Origin: Kudoa neothunni
Taxonomy: Eukaryota; Animalia; Cnidaria
Direction: 5' to 3'
Assembly: GCA_964304625.1 (NCBI GenBank)
Contig: OZ199839.1
Coordinates: 3,950,670-4,014,669 of the forward strand
DNA length: 64,000 bases
In this document: positions 50,500-64,000 of the stretch, one piece after another
Numbering within the stretch: position 1 is the stretch's first letter
Layout: every line of letters starts with the position of its first letter
Position numbers and translations under genes: made by a program
Notes under the pieces: generated by a model
The model's input: the letters and a program-made list of their open reading frames with translations, nothing else
The model's database searches: none
What the model was told of the DNA's origin: nothing

Positions 50500-51865
50500 C
50501 ATGGATGGCAAAACCATGGCTCGCGAGCCACATGTGGCTCTTTGGAAGTTATGATGCGGCTCTTGAAAAAATTTTTATTTGAATTTTTTTTAATTCAACC
50601 AACACATTAATTCAGAAAAGTACAACGTTTAAAATTTTTAATTAAGAGGAGAAATAAAATCTTTAAATCTAAACTAGATAATATCTTTGATTAGAAAACA
50701 TAGTTAAAAACTTCCATATAGTTTTAATATTTGATAAAAATCAGAATTATTGCTAGTTTAATTTTGAAATACAATTAGAACTAGTGTCTACCCATTATCA
50801 AAGTAATAAATTTCAGAGGAATAAAACATCCATTAAAGCTTTAAACATGATTCATAATCCCAACTCACCAAGCAAATTGTGGAAATACGTTCTAGAAATT
50901 AAATATTCAAAATGAAAATAAATTTTTCTCAAACTTGTTTCTATCTTTGGAACCATTTATCGTTGTGAGTTTCTTTATTAAACGATGAAGTTTGTAAAAT
51001 TGAAGCATCACCAATACCTTCCTCATAAACAAACGCCTGACGGAACTAATTCGTGCAGCGTTAACAGCATACGAACCGGATTACCGTCGGCTCACTGATA
51101 ATGTGGAAACATAAAAAATTTGTAACATTGGAAGCAATTTCTAAAAAAAATCCGGATGCATTAAATTTTCGTGTCATTACTTTATTCGTAAATATTTTAT
51201 TTTATTTTTTTCCTGACTGCCATACATGATTAAATGTGAAAAATATTTCATTATTTTTTCGACCTTTTTAATAGTGAAAAAGTTTTTCGGATCGTTAACT
51301 ACTAACTTACGTTTTTGGAAATACCATCATAAATTATACCTGTACAAATCATATGTAAATTTTCCAGCGGTTAGCCGAATAAGAAAACATTAAAAAACCT
51401 TTATTTAAAATTCTACAACGTTATATCTTATTATTTACGAAAAATTTCCCCAAAATATACATTTCAAATAAGGAAGAGGTGCATAAGTGATTTTAGTGCC
51501 TTGTGGCCCTTGAAAATTTGGGCAACCTTAAAGTTGGCTCCCGATCTAGCCAAGTCTGACCAGACTTGCTTAGAATGGGAGCTGCATTTAATGAACTCCA
51601 TATTTTTTGAAGCCATTAGGATTAAAAATTATCCTTCGGCTCGTGTTATTATATTTACATTTTGTCTAAAAATTATAATTAATAATGAATTAAGGTTAAA
51701 TTCGTGTGTTCTTATTCAAGGTAACTGCATGACTCTGACTCTCAAAGTATCCGAATAACTTTGCGGGAAAAATTTAATGAAAAGCCAAGTCTAAATTTTT
51801 CAAGAGCCGCACTTCAACTTCGACGAGCCGCATTCGGCTCGCGAATCGAGGTTTGGCCACCTCTG
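50500..51865 (+). mobile_element. hAT (Charlie/SPIN/Buster-like) deletion derivative
   Basis: Left CATGGATGGCAAAACCATGGCTCGCGAGCCACATGTGGCTC; right GAGCCGCATTCGGCTCGCGAATCGAGGTTTGGCCACCTCTG; TSD-like CTATATAC/CTAATTAC; internal SIFGTIYRCE...ELIRAALTAYEPDY remnant. Confidence 0.8.
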
Positions 51866-51999
51866 CTAATTACTGACGTAGCTGTACTAACAAATGAAAA
51901 ACTTCATTAATTTCACATATTTAAATAAGGAAGTACAAAAGGGTGTATAAACACCTCAGAACGCTCAACCACAAACCAAACGACTTTTACTTAAATAAA

Positions 52000-52255
52000 C
52001 CTACTTAATGTACCCAAATATGCACATTCAAAGAAAACGTACAAAATCACACTGAATCGTGTCCAGAAAATTAAACCTAACATCCAGCTAGTCTGATGCT
52101 CGATCAGCAGCAACTCCTGCCCAGAATCCTTGATTCGTACACTTACTCAACGCAGGCCGTTCCCTCAAATTGTGACATACACCCTCCAGAGCTGGACGGC
52201 CTATACACACTCATCCCTATGTTTCTCCAGCTAACTAACTCCAAGTCTCATTATT
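52000..52255 (-). mobile_element. Possible non-LTR retrotransposon endonuclease remnant
   Basis: Minus-strand fragments NETW and GMSVYRPSS resemble APE endonuclease motifs; short and degraded. Confidence 0.3.
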
Positions 52256-54751
52256 AAGCCGGAAATTTGTTACAAATTTTTCTAGATTTCACGTTCAACT
52301 CGAGAAAATTATTTTAACCATCAACTACAACACCCAGCACAATACGACGTCTAATAAGGCCCAATCGGAGGACTATGAGACCGCAGAATCGCACCAGTCC
52401 TTGATTTCTCAGTTTTATTATTGACCTTGGAGGAAACGCGGAACTACAACATCCGATTATCCAAGTACAAACCAACTTAACAAATAACACCGATATGGTA
52501 ATACCAACAAATGCACTGATATTGATAAATAGATTCAATGAGTTATCTCCATAAATTACAACCAAGTAGCCAATAAAATCGATAATACAGTGTTTAGGGA
52601 TGGGGTGATATTTTAGAAGTGATAGATGATTGGAACAGTTAGCACCCACACAGAAATTAAACAGAGAAATACTAGGTTAATCTGTTGAAAGGGAAACTGT
52701 ACTAAGAACTACTTATGATAAGACCGCTGGTAAATCCTAGCCTCACACCCGTATATAATTGGCAACATAGGGGTAATTTAGACGATGGGGAAAACATCAA
52801 TAACTAAATAAGTAGTGTGGTTACTTGTCTGTGAGAATATTTTAGACATATTCCATATTAATTGGTGTGAAATTGCGAAGCGTGATAGAAGGCGGTTCGA
52901 TAATGCACGCAGTGATTTCCCAATTATTTTATCCCCAAAATATATTTTGACAGCAAAAACCCCCTTCAAATTTTGACAGAAGTCAAAAATGTTATGACAA
53001 TTAATTGCATGCTAATCGCACTATTGTCCTATGCGTACTTGATAAATGGATTATAAATGTTGCTCTTGCTGCTGTAAATGTTAGTTGAGAAGCAGCATCA
53101 TAAAATTCCACAACCGTTAAACTCACAATTATCAATTATTCCACATTGTAGTTTACCGCAAAGCTAAACCACTTGAAAAACTTTGCAATAAACTACTTAA
53201 TATTGTCGTCAACGCATTCCCAAAGCTCTAATATTATTTTTGATACCAGTGACGCATTTGCGTTCAAACTATAATTTGCAATGTGGCAATAGTTACACCT
53301 TGTAGAGTGTTATCAAGCTGACTAGAACAAATTGATTTTATCATATGCTAAGTACATTTAGGGTATTAGAGTTAATCTCTCGATATTGACAGGCTGTGAG
53401 TTGGTCTCGTTTGATGCTTAATATTTCCCACCAATTTTCCTTTGAAATTCATAAAATAATTTTATTCATGTTCGCAACCGATTTCTTTGATCACACATGC
53501 TTGGAACTATCAGAAAAAAGCGTTAATACTTTAAGAAATTATCTAGTTATTAATGTTTATAATACACACAATTAGATTTTGTGTGAAATTAAGCCCATCT
53601 GATCACCTCCGAAAAATTCTGACTGAAGCAGGAGAGGTGGCTGATCAAATTTCTGCTAAACCATCTATTTGGCTAGATCAACTCATTCAAGGTATGTGTG
53701 ATTTGTTATTTCTCATTTTGGTGGGTGTTATGTGAAACAATATTTTAAATGAAACCAAGTGGCACCAACTACAGTCTACTTGCTGAAATTTATGTGATTT
53801 TTTATTTTTTTACATACAACAGCCGATAGTCTTCACACAATAACACTAATTATAATAACTGCTGCAGTTATAGCAATAGTAGATGGATACAGCTTATCAT
53901 CAATTATACTTACTATAAAAACATGCCGCCCACTGCGTTGTGTTATGAGTGGGTTGCATTGATTGATTTGTTGGTTGTTTACACATTAGCGGTTGAACTT
54001 AGTGACAGCTTTTCAACAATTGAAAATCAGCCATTGAGACAATGATTTATGTCTCACTGAATTCCATTGTTGTGAGCCACTAAATTTAAATTAGGTGGTC
54101 CGAACATCTTGCCACCCTTATTTATTCGTTTATGCATTTATCCATTTACCAGGGGATTTCATTCCGGTTAATGTGTTTAGAACTGTTTCAAGGAGATAAA
54201 CATCACAGAAAATTCACAAATTTGTTATCTATAGAGATAATTAACTCTAATTATATTCAGCTTATCAGCGACTGTGGCGACCACACATAAAATCCTCTGA
54301 ATTCTATTTTAAATTTAAATTGTGCTCATGCGCCACGAGGTTTAAATCTATTGAAATCTGCAATTGTATCCAAATCCAATTGAGATATTTTTATCTTTCG
54401 TTTTAACAATCGAAATCCGCAATTTATTTTGTTTTTCTTGTATTGATTTTTCTTCATTTATCAAATTTCGGTCGATTATTCCTATTCGAGTTGTCCAAAC
54501 AAGTGGCTATATTTTATTCAATCACGTGATAAATAATAAAATTATCCCCCGGTTATTGTTTTCGTTGCTAATTAACGAAGTTGTCACCAGGCTGGTGCAG
54601 CACTGTTTGGTTGTAGTAGTTTTAGATTTGTTTGTCTGTACTTTGTTGAAATTTTGTATGTTTCACTTCACCTACCCATCCCCACTCATTCAAATCCCAA
54701 TAATTATACTAATCTTGGTCTATCTTTAGAAACCATATCAACAATTCAGCT

Positions 54752-57072
54752 ATGTCACAATCTCCGATGGAAAACATAGTTGGAATGGATGACGACAAGC
54801 AGCATCAAAATCTCACCAAATTGGCTGCGACAACTAATCTGAATGAACATATCTCGTTCAATTGTGGTGCAACCACACCCACATTACCCACCAATGTAAG
54901 CATTTAAATTATTCATCACTAGTAACAGTTGCTACTACTATTGGGTAGATTTTTATTAACGCCCAATCGTCTCCGCTGGCTACTCCGCGCTCTAAGTGTG
55001 ATGAAAATCCGTGGTAATTTTTTGGCGTTTCTTAGGCAGACCGATTAATTGGTGTTATTTTTTTTATTCAGTAATAAGATATTCGTTGGTGGGCTCAGTT
55101 GGGACACTACTCAAGGTATCACAGCTTAAATTTTGATTTAAAATTATCATTTTCATCCACAGAAAAATTGTATGAATACTTTTCCGAATTTGGCCCCATA
55201 ACAGATTGCATTCTGATGCTGGATGGAGCCACTGGTAGATCAAGGTAGGATTATTGATTGTTATGGAAATTCTTCCAAATAACTGTTAGTTTATCTCAGT
55301 TTATGTTAATTTATGATATTATGTGTATATTGTAGAGGATTCGGCTTTGTTACATTCCTCCAACAGGAATCAGTCAAGTCTGTTCTCTCCGTCAAACAAC
55401 ACATCCTCGACAACAAAATTATCGACCCGAAGGAAGCTGTTCCCAAGCACATTAAAGACATTGAAAATAGAGTCAATTCAAGCCAACCCAATTGTCACAC
55501 ACCAACACTCATCAACAGCTATAGTTGCAGTAACGGCTGTGGTGGTGTTGTTAGTGGCACAGGAAATAATGCGATCCCAGTAACCGCTGCAACAACTAAC
55601 ACTACCAACAGTCATAACAATAGTGGTGCTAAGTCATCTGCGAAGCAATCTCTTTCACGACGTTCGTCGTGTGTTGGTGAACAACTGATTTTGCCGAATA
55701 CCTCCTTCGGTTGTCAACACAATTCAATACCCTCCTCTTCGTGTTTTCTATGTCCCAATGTGTTGCACAACACCAAAATATTCGTAGGCGGAATCGGACA
55801 CGTGTCAGAAGCTGACCTACGGGAATATTTCTCCACTTTTGGCACTGTTGTCGATGTGAACATTATGATGGATAAAAGTACGGGTCGTCCCAGAGGTTTC
55901 GCCTTCATAGGATTCAGCACCAGCGAAGCGGCCGATCTCACCGCATCCATGCGGTATCATTTTGTTCGAAATAAACAGGTCGAAGTGAAAAAAGCTCTCC
56001 CCAAAGATACCAAATATCTCTCTACACCCAATCACAACACCGCTGTTTTTAGTAATGTCTCTTCTGCAGTAGCGGCGGCGACAACGACGTCGGTTATTTC
56101 TGAGAACCATTCAATTATTTCACACTCCCATTTTCATTCCACCAATCTACACAATAACAAAAACAGCTTCAACATTACCTCTTATCCATCTGATAAAAAT
56201 ATTCTCAAAAATTATAATTCGATAAATAATGATTATCAACAACAATACCCGCTTCATTCCACCAACAATCCCAAACTAAATTCTACTTTCGATGAGAGTA
56301 TCGTTAGTCATGAACAACCCATCTCCAATGTTGTCACTCCCGTTGGTACTGCCAACTGTAGCCTGGTTTCCGGTTGCTCTACCGTTGGCAATGACGATCG
56401 TACTGCTAGTATTCTACAATCTGCTACTGTCTATGGAGGTAATTTTCACTATGTGTTTGAAATGAGTTTGAGCGTTCAACCTATAACTACGATTTTTCAT
56501 CACTCAATTCGGTAGATTTGATTTGATCTGATATTAGGCGAGTGGGACTTTGACGACGTGATCCACTTTGATGATACCAAATCAGGGGCTTTTTTAACCA
56601 CTAACTCATTTGGTGGTGTAAATTCACCTTTGCACACCAACCCCATTAATAGTGATATCCATGCCAACAATACCGCTCAACCCAACAACCTCATTCATTC
56701 TGTGAAAAACCTAGGTGGAGCGGTTAACGGCAGCAGTACTTTATTGCATCGCCATGACAACACTCCTTTTGGAATTTCGAGCAATCGAGGTAGTTGTGGT
56801 AGAAGACCTCAAGGTTGCGCGTTGGGGTTCGACACCAACTACGACCTAAACTTAGGTATTGCCAGCGCCTGCAATCCATCAACCACAGTGACCGATCGCC
56901 TTCAGCCCACGCGATTTAATAGTGTTGGAGACACCACAACATTACTCAATCGTCAAATACCAGATGATACCAAAAATAGTATCGTCGAACTTCTAAATGA
57001 AATATGGAAGTATTTATTCTAGTTTCATTTCAAGTGTGCTAACTTTTTTTATTTTTTAGGGGAGCTGGATAA
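54752..57072 (+). CDS. Two-RRM RNA-binding protein, Musashi/DAZAP1/hnRNP-D group, multi-exon
   Basis: RRM1 spliced from short exons: KIFVGGLSWDTTQ/EKLYEYFSEFG...TGRSR/GFGFVTF...HILDNKIIDPKEAVPK. RRM2: TKIFVGGI...RPRGFAFIGF...KQVEVKKALPK. Low-complexity N/S/T tail; last exon KGAG* is inferred. Confidence 0.88.
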
Positions 57073-57489
57073 GTTTTCTGGTATTTCCTTCCAGCGTTTT
57101 GTTGCCATACCAGTTTATATTTCTCTCTTCAATTTTTCACTATCTCTAGTAGTAGATTTAGTATTCATTTATTACACTTTTGTTTGTACCAAATTAGTCA
57201 TTTAGTTTATCTATATACTTGTATTTTTCGCGAATTATTTGCATAGTTTCTCTTATAAAATCATCTTAGGTTTACAAAATGCATTTAATTTTTCGTTCGG
57301 TTATAAATGCGGCTGGAAGTATCTCCTTGAGACGTCTAACCCCGTGACTTACTTTAGTATGCAAGATCGATTTTCGTCGATGTGGGTCGTTGAATCTAGT
57401 GAGAAATAAATTGTGGCAGCTGCCTGAAATATTTTAGTAGTATGTAATGTATTTTTACGTCATATATGTATCATGTTATTATGCCTTAA

Positions 57490-58428
57490 CCCATTAAGGG
57501 TTAATGTTCCTTTTTCGACACACGAATATAATATGATTTTCTCTTTGTTTGAATAACCGGATAACTTTACATAAAACATATATTGGAATAGTCAATCAGA
57601 ATTAATTTACAAAATAATAAGAAATTTTATTATATGGTTTAAGGAATATCGTGCTATTTACGCTCAACCACTCATTTAGTGCCAATAGTGAAATATTATG
57701 GCGGAATTAATTTATTTCCGTCCATAAATTTGTGGTTTAATATTATATACGTTTACGACTCAATGTCATGATTATCTATGATATATAGTTGGAATTGAGA
57801 AAAATATTACCAAAAAAACATGTGCCGAAAAAGAAACAGTAACTCCTCCATGTGGAAATTTTCAATGAACCATTTACACAGACTGTTGAAATTCTTGATA
57901 GGCATAGTTCGTTCTGAAAATTTATTAGACGCATTTAATGAATTCAGCGATAAAGATGAAATGATTTTAAAGATATTACCATTCTTCCTCCTATCACTGT
58001 TAAGAATTTAACGGATGAGGAGGATAATTTCATGTCAAATTTAATAGTGGATACAGGTATAAGAATTTTACTTGAAATATGCGGAGAGATTGAGGGGTAA
58101 TATTATTATTATCAGTAAATCTTTGATGACAATGTTCCTCCTACCTAGAAAATTTTCCTCGAATAAAATTAGTTTTGAAACTTTCAACGAACATGCTCCA
58201 TTTATTACCAGTTAAGACATACGCGAAGAACCTGCGTAAATTTTAAGAAAAAGTTGAGTCCTACGATGTTTTTCAACAACTTTTTGACGAAAACGTAATG
58301 ATGATTGTAAAGCAATCTAACTTATACATTCAGCAGAAAAATGACCTCATCCTTAACCTGACAGCCAAATAACTCATAACTTTTATTGGTATTCTGTTAG
58401 TTATCCTTTATCACACGTTGCCTGGCAA
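57490..58428 (+). mobile_element. 5' remnant of piggyBac element, truncated at a pogo-type terminus
   Basis: TTAA|CCCATT start; IVKQSNLYIQQK...LITFIGILLVILYHTLP PGBD fragment at ~58300-58425; then TA|CAGTCGAATCCCG at 58437. Confidence 0.65.
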
Positions 58429-59723
58429 TATATATACAGTCGAATCCCGTTTACCCCAAAATCGTGCTATCCGAATGATTTTTTAAAACTTATTCGAAAA
58501 TGATGTAGATACTAAATACAAAATTTTGTTTAACCGAGATCCGGAACAACCTTTTGCTGGAATTTTTGGATAAAATGCTTAAAGTCTGGATTAGTGCCTG
58601 GTTAAAATGGCACCTACATTTATTTTTTGATACGTATGTTCGTTATTAATTCAATTTAAGTTTATGTCTGATTCATAGAAATAGAAATATCGTAACGTAG
58701 ATAATAAAGTATTTTATGTTCATGATGAACGAATAAATTTTGGGTAGAGACAAACTTCCTTATATCATTCCAAGAGTAATAAATATAAAGATGGAATTTT
58801 TTGGATTGTTTAATTACAAACTAGAAGTGACTTCATAAGACCAATTTATCCACGGAATTGACTCAATTAAACGATGTTCACACATCAGTTTTTCCCATAA
58901 CACCTCCACTTTTAAGTCTTATTGAGCCTTAGCAATCATTAATCAATATTAAATTATTGGAATATGACATATTTTAATTAATGAGGAAATTCTAAATATC
59001 GTTATGGAGAACTTTGGGAAAATACTCCTCATTGTTACATTATTATTCTTACCATCATTATTAGTACAACTCACAATATCCAAATAGGGAAGAAATTATA
59101 AAAAAATTAGTAATAATAATAGTCCATTTTTAATTCTAAAAAATGTATCATTCTAATATAGGGCGGCGATGTTTAGTTCGCACATATCGGTAGTATGCGT
59201 GTGTCGATTACGTTGGATCTAGATTCTAGAACTACTGTGCCTTAACCTTCTAAGTAGCTGAAAAATTTACACCCTCCAAATAGAAATTGGGTAGAAATCT
59301 ACCCTACTTTTTATTTGATAAAATTTTCTCAAATAAAAATCAGCACTGACTGACAAAATATGAGAAAAAGTCGTCGAATAAATTTTGAATCAACGACAAA
59401 TTATTAAAGTTATATTCTATATACGCATTCGCATAATTTAGTGTTGTTACGTTTCTATGGTGAATGATTGTATTTATAGATGTATTTATGCGTTTTTTTA
59501 GTTTTAATATTTAATTCAAGTTTCATAACAGCTGCCAATTAATTTATCCTATTTATACAACGCAGGGTAATACTGCGAAGAAAAACACAGAATTATGGGA
59601 AACAGTGCTTATTTCACGAAAAAGTTATCATATATGTTTTTTTGAATGCTCTCTACAACGTAGAAATAAGCAAACTAACGAAGTCTTCGTATTTTAAATA
59701 ACTGGTATAAAAATAATGAGATA

Positions 59724-61764
59724 CGGTGGGTGACGGCTAATTCGCAGTATGGATAATTTTCACTTTTTTCACTGTCGCCAAAATAAATAAACTTGAGGTT
59801 TTTATCATTTTATATATATATATATATATGAGTAGAATTATTAATTACGGCATTATACAACTTAAAAATGTTTCATCCTATTAAATATAAGAAAATTTTA
59901 TGAGTTAAACCCATGGATGGATAATTCGCACTAATTTCCGTGGAGCAGGGATGCAAAACGCGCGCCGGTATCATTTAATACGGAAATATGGGTGAACAAA
60001 GAAAGCATAAATGGATGACACTTACCGAAAAATATAATATTATTAGATACTTCGAAACTCAGCCTCCAAAAAACGCTAGAAGTCACACAGTGAAACACTT
60101 TGGCTTATCCTCTATTTCAACTTTGAATGGAATATTATTGAAAAAAGAGGAAATAAAGAGCTCCGCTGAGACCGAAATAGTCAAAGGAAATGGTAAAACC
60201 TTGAAAAAGGATTCAAATGATGAAATTGATTAACAAGTTTTTGAGCGGTTAATATGGATGAGGTCTACAAAATTGGGAATTTCGTCGTTGGAAATTATTT
60301 CGAAACGAAATGAATTTTCATAAAACATTAATAAAGAAGCGGAAGGTATGAGCTATGGTTGGTTTCGTGGATTCAAAGAAAGATTTAAGTTACGACGACT
60401 AAATTTTCGTGGTGAGGCAAACATGGAGACTGTCGATGATTGAAAACTTAAATTAAAAAATGTATTGAAAAATTATAAAGCTGAACAATTGTACAACCTT
60501 GATGAAACAGCTCTATTCTGTCAGCAATATTCCAGTAAGATATATAAGCTATACAAAAACGACAAAAATCATCATTAATTTGTTACATGTCGTAAAAAAA
60601 TAATTATATCAACATTTAATTTATGTCAATCATCGACAAATACCGATTGGAATTTTTTATGAACTATTTTACAATACATTATATTCACTCGAACGTATTT
60701 ATGGTAACCTGATTTAGGAAGAAATTATGTTCTATCTACTGAGGTAAATGCAAAATGCTCAAAGCGATAAAAAAAAGAGTTACGCTTTTATTGGGAGCAT
60801 CACCATCAGGCGAAAAAATGGAACCATTAGTGATTGGTCATGATGAAAAACCAAGTTGTTTTAAAAATTTGAAAGATACTCCAGTCCCTTACTTCTCCAA
60901 TAAGAAAGTATGGATGACCTCGGAGATATTTAAGAAATATTTAGTTAAATTAAATGCTAATTTCAAGGAGAAGAACAAAAAAATTGTGCTATTTCTTGAT
61001 AATGCGAGTTGCCATTCACCACTGCAATTATCAAATAATGAATTATATTTTTCCCTAAAAACACAACTAGTGTTCTACAACCTGTGGCTCAAGGGATTAC
61101 TAATTCATTTAAAGCTGTTTATAGAAGATATCTAATAAATAGATCTACATTTTTAGTTGAGAATGATGTCGAACTTAAATCGATTGATTTATTAGATGCG
61201 TTGGTACTTGTAAAAAAATCGTGGGAGCACATAACGATCCAAACCATATCCAATTGTTTCAAGAAAGCTGGATTTAGATTCGATGATAACGAAGATCCTT
61301 ATTACTATTTTTTACAAACTTAATAATTATACATCGACGAACTTGAAAACCATGAAGTTTAGATGGAATCGACAATCCAAAGATAATACAATGCCAAGAT
61401 AAAGAAGAACTCGTTCAAGTCTGCGAATTTGAGGACAACCATTGAAACAGCGGCGTAACCATGAATGTAGAAGAACAGTCTGATTGCGAACCCGAAACAT
61501 ACAAAGAAGAGTCATATACCACGAAAGAAACGCTGGAATGCTCTGATTATTTAAAGGGAGATTTCATTTAGAATGGATCAAATATTTTGGATTATCTTCA
61601 CAAACTAGAGGAGGAAATGTTTCTAATCCAAAAAAAGGATTTGAGCAAACGAAAATAACAAATTTTACTTTAGAAGAGTAGGATAATATCACATTTCTTA
61701 TAAAATCGACCAAAATCTTTTGCGCATACGTTAAATAAAAGTGCGAATTAGCCGTCACCCACTG
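59724..61764 (+). mobile_element. Full-length but decayed Tigger/pogo transposon
   Basis: 23-bp TIRs C(G/A)GTGGGTGACGGCTAATTCGCA (22/23 match) with TA TSDs; CENP-B-type HTH (RKHKWMTLTEKYNII), SYGWFRGFKERF, YNLDETALF, IVLFLDNASCH, NCFKKAGF; several stops. Confidence 0.93.
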
Positions 61765-62036
61765 TATCAAATTAGAGGCTTGCGTATTGCAGTAGATGCA
61801 ATTAATTTCTAGAGTTAAGTAGAGATATAGCTAAATTAAGAAAAATTTATTGAATTTTATTTAATGTAATATTTTCTATGCTTAAATGATGGTTCGGAAT
61901 AATAAATAACAGCAAATAACCGTTTCCATTCGTTACAATAAGGCTCGTATCATATAATCAGTGAACATAACTAAAAAATTTGTTTTTAAATATTTATACA
62001 TGGAAATGGGCGGAGAATATTTAATTCTGTTTAGTT

Positions 62037-62579
62037 CAGTGTCGGGAACCTATGGATCGCAGACAAATTTTCAATTTAAAAAAAAGGTTCCGATAAACTT
62101 CCTTGCTAATATGCGAAATGGTCACAACTGAAAATCGGTTACCTATTGTATCACACTGCAGTGTGCAAGTACTGTTGTAATTACAATGTTTGGCTCTACA
62201 TATGCACGTAAGCAGTCTTTCTACGTCTAAAAAAAGTTAAGACCAACTTACTGTCACGTTTAACGGATTTACGCCCGAACACCTGAATGAAGCTTAATCT
62301 TACCAAATATCAACCACACTACAAAGCCACCTGCAAAACCATGCAGAACCAGAAGTCGCATTGATGATGAGAAATATTCTTCATTGATTAGCAATAGATT
62401 ACAATGCTAATAGAAGGAATTTAGTCACTTAATTTACTTTGAAATGTTGGAATTATATAAAACGCGCATGTGTATTTCTATTTTAGTTTTAAAACATGTT
62501 ATATGGCTCTCATGGAATTAGTTTTTTAAACGTGTGTGGACTTGGTGACTCTCTCGTCAAAAAAGGTTCCAGACCCCTG
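62037..62579 (+). mobile_element. hAT (SPIN/Charlie-like) deletion derivative
   Basis: Ends CAGTGTCGGGAACCTATGG / AAAAAGGTTCCAGACCCCTG; TSD GTTTAGTT/GCTTAGTT (7/8); C-terminal remnant MFGSTYA..QSF...SRLTD...QKSH*. Confidence 0.82.
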
Positions 62580-63783
62580 GCTTAGTTTGTTATTAATCTT
62601 CTTTATGTGCAGAAAGGATCGATTTTACAAACTTGGAAAATTATAAAAGTATCGTCTAATAAAAAATAAATATTTTAGCTATATCACTGACTCTCTCGCG
62701 GGTAAGATGAGGAAATCTCCTGGATCAAATTTGACCCGAATGACAGGCGTTGCCTATCTTTTGTTTAATTTTTAAGAAATTTTTATGAATTAATCTGTGG
62801 CTTTGCAATTTCGTCAACTATGACGTGAGCACTAGACGAAAATTACTTTTCTCAAGTTTGTCTCTCCTTCAATAGATAATTATCATACAAATGAACCATT
62901 AAATAACATTATTATAAAGATTTTTTCCCTTTTTAACGAAATTAATAAAACTTGCTATGAGTACGACAGCGTCATTTATTCAAACACAAATAGATCGTAA
63001 AAAATAAATTTAAGGAGCAAGTTTTCACAATAATTTAAACCATAAGTTAGCCTAATTTACGCAGTTTACATAACAAGAATTTTAAAAATTTTAAATGGTA
63101 AAATTATAAAACGAATAAATAATTAACAACAAAATCATTTACAACTCGAATAAAGATATATTTTCTTAATTTTTAAACTTCCATAATTATTTTTTCCTTA
63201 AAAAGTAAAAACGTATTCACTCCATTGTATAAAGAGAGTGAGACTTAATTTGTTCATCAAGTTAAGAAGCGCCGTCTTAATGTCGTACATTTGCGTGACC
63301 TTCATCCTTAGTCTTTGTTTCTCTCGTTTATAACTTAAAATTTTATTTTTTTGGATCTTACATAATTAAGACTACATTCTATTAATTAAATGTGTTCTAG
63401 CCAACAGACTTTAAAAATGATCATCATTGAAATCTCGTGTAATAATTATTCTAATAAGCGAGAATAGATTATTTAGAAAAATTTGGTAGATTAAAATTTT
63501 CAAGTATGTGAAAGTTGAATAAGTCACAAAAAACAAGTTTCTTCACGAGGAGTTTAATAAAAATCCGTATACGCAATAACACGATTTAAATTAAATTTTC
63601 TAACCTATATTTGAGGAAAGATAAACTGTAACTATAGGTAACAATGAATAATTTTAAGCATCTACATCTCAAGCATATCGATATATAACTCAAATTCAAT
63701 ACGAAAAACTTACGTAAAAACAATCTATCAAACAAACCAGGTAATAAAGATGTAATTAGAGTTAGTTGCTAAAAATCTCTATC

Positions 63784-64000
63784 TCAGGCCTTCGCTTTAT
63801 TTTTTTCAGCTGCTTCTTGTTTCAGACGTTGTTTCTCTTGTAGAGCTTGAGCGTCTCTAAATTAGGTCTTAAAAATTTACGAACATTTTCACAGCTAAAT
63901 ACCTTAATCTACGTTGTTCCATATTGAGACCTACGTTGCTTGCTTTTTCGCTTGACTTTTTAGATTTTTCCAACTCTGCTTGTTTCTTTTGACCTTTTTG
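63784..64000 (-). CDS. SERF: Small EDRK-rich factor (SERF/4F5) 3' portion; 5' end lies outside the window
   Basis: QKGQKKQAELGKSKKSSEKASNVGLNMEQRRL(R)/DAQALQEKQRLKQEAAEKNKAKA* across a 46-nt GT-AG intron (63857-63902); absent from the ORF track. Confidence 0.82.

Noticed and set aside
52314-52649. 111-aa hydrophobic ORF
   Set aside because: Non-ATG start, no motif, and located among TE debris.
1-64000. Prokaryotic systems (CRISPR arrays, operons, defence islands), rRNA or tRNA genes
   Set aside because: Genes are split by spliceosomal introns; I saw no repeat-spacer array, rRNA-like block or tRNA cloverleaf.

Overview
AT-rich eukaryotic (animal) genomic DNA with intron-split genes and no rRNA, tRNA or CRISPR signal. 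A canonical minicollagen-type Cys-rich domain (CxxxCxxxCxxxCxxxCC), a FoxQ2-type forkhead gene, divergent proteins and mostly ~40-60 nt introns suggest a reduced cnidarian such as a myxozoan (inference). Host genes in order: ANKLE2 (-), MVD (+), FoxQ2-like (+), an LRRC8/pannexin-like channel followed by an OTU-like domain instead of LRRs (-), a Cip/Kip CDK inhibitor (+), a secreted SEA-domain + minicollagen-CRD protein apparently split by an ~8.5 kb TE-filled intron (+), CKAP5/XMAP215 (+), JAGN1 (-), a disrupted membrane-protein locus (-), a Musashi/DAZAP1-type two-RRM gene (+), and the 3' part of SERF (-). Long introns and intergenic DNA hold decayed piggyBac, Tigger/pogo and hAT elements, MITEs, and one young 3.9 kb Ty3/gypsy retrotransposon with 117-bp LTRs. 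Top leads: the LRRC8-pseudoOTU architecture, the SEA-CRD candidate capsule protein, and the LTR element whose reading frame starts and ends inside its LTRs. All gene models were spliced by eye and family calls come from remembered motifs; no search was run.
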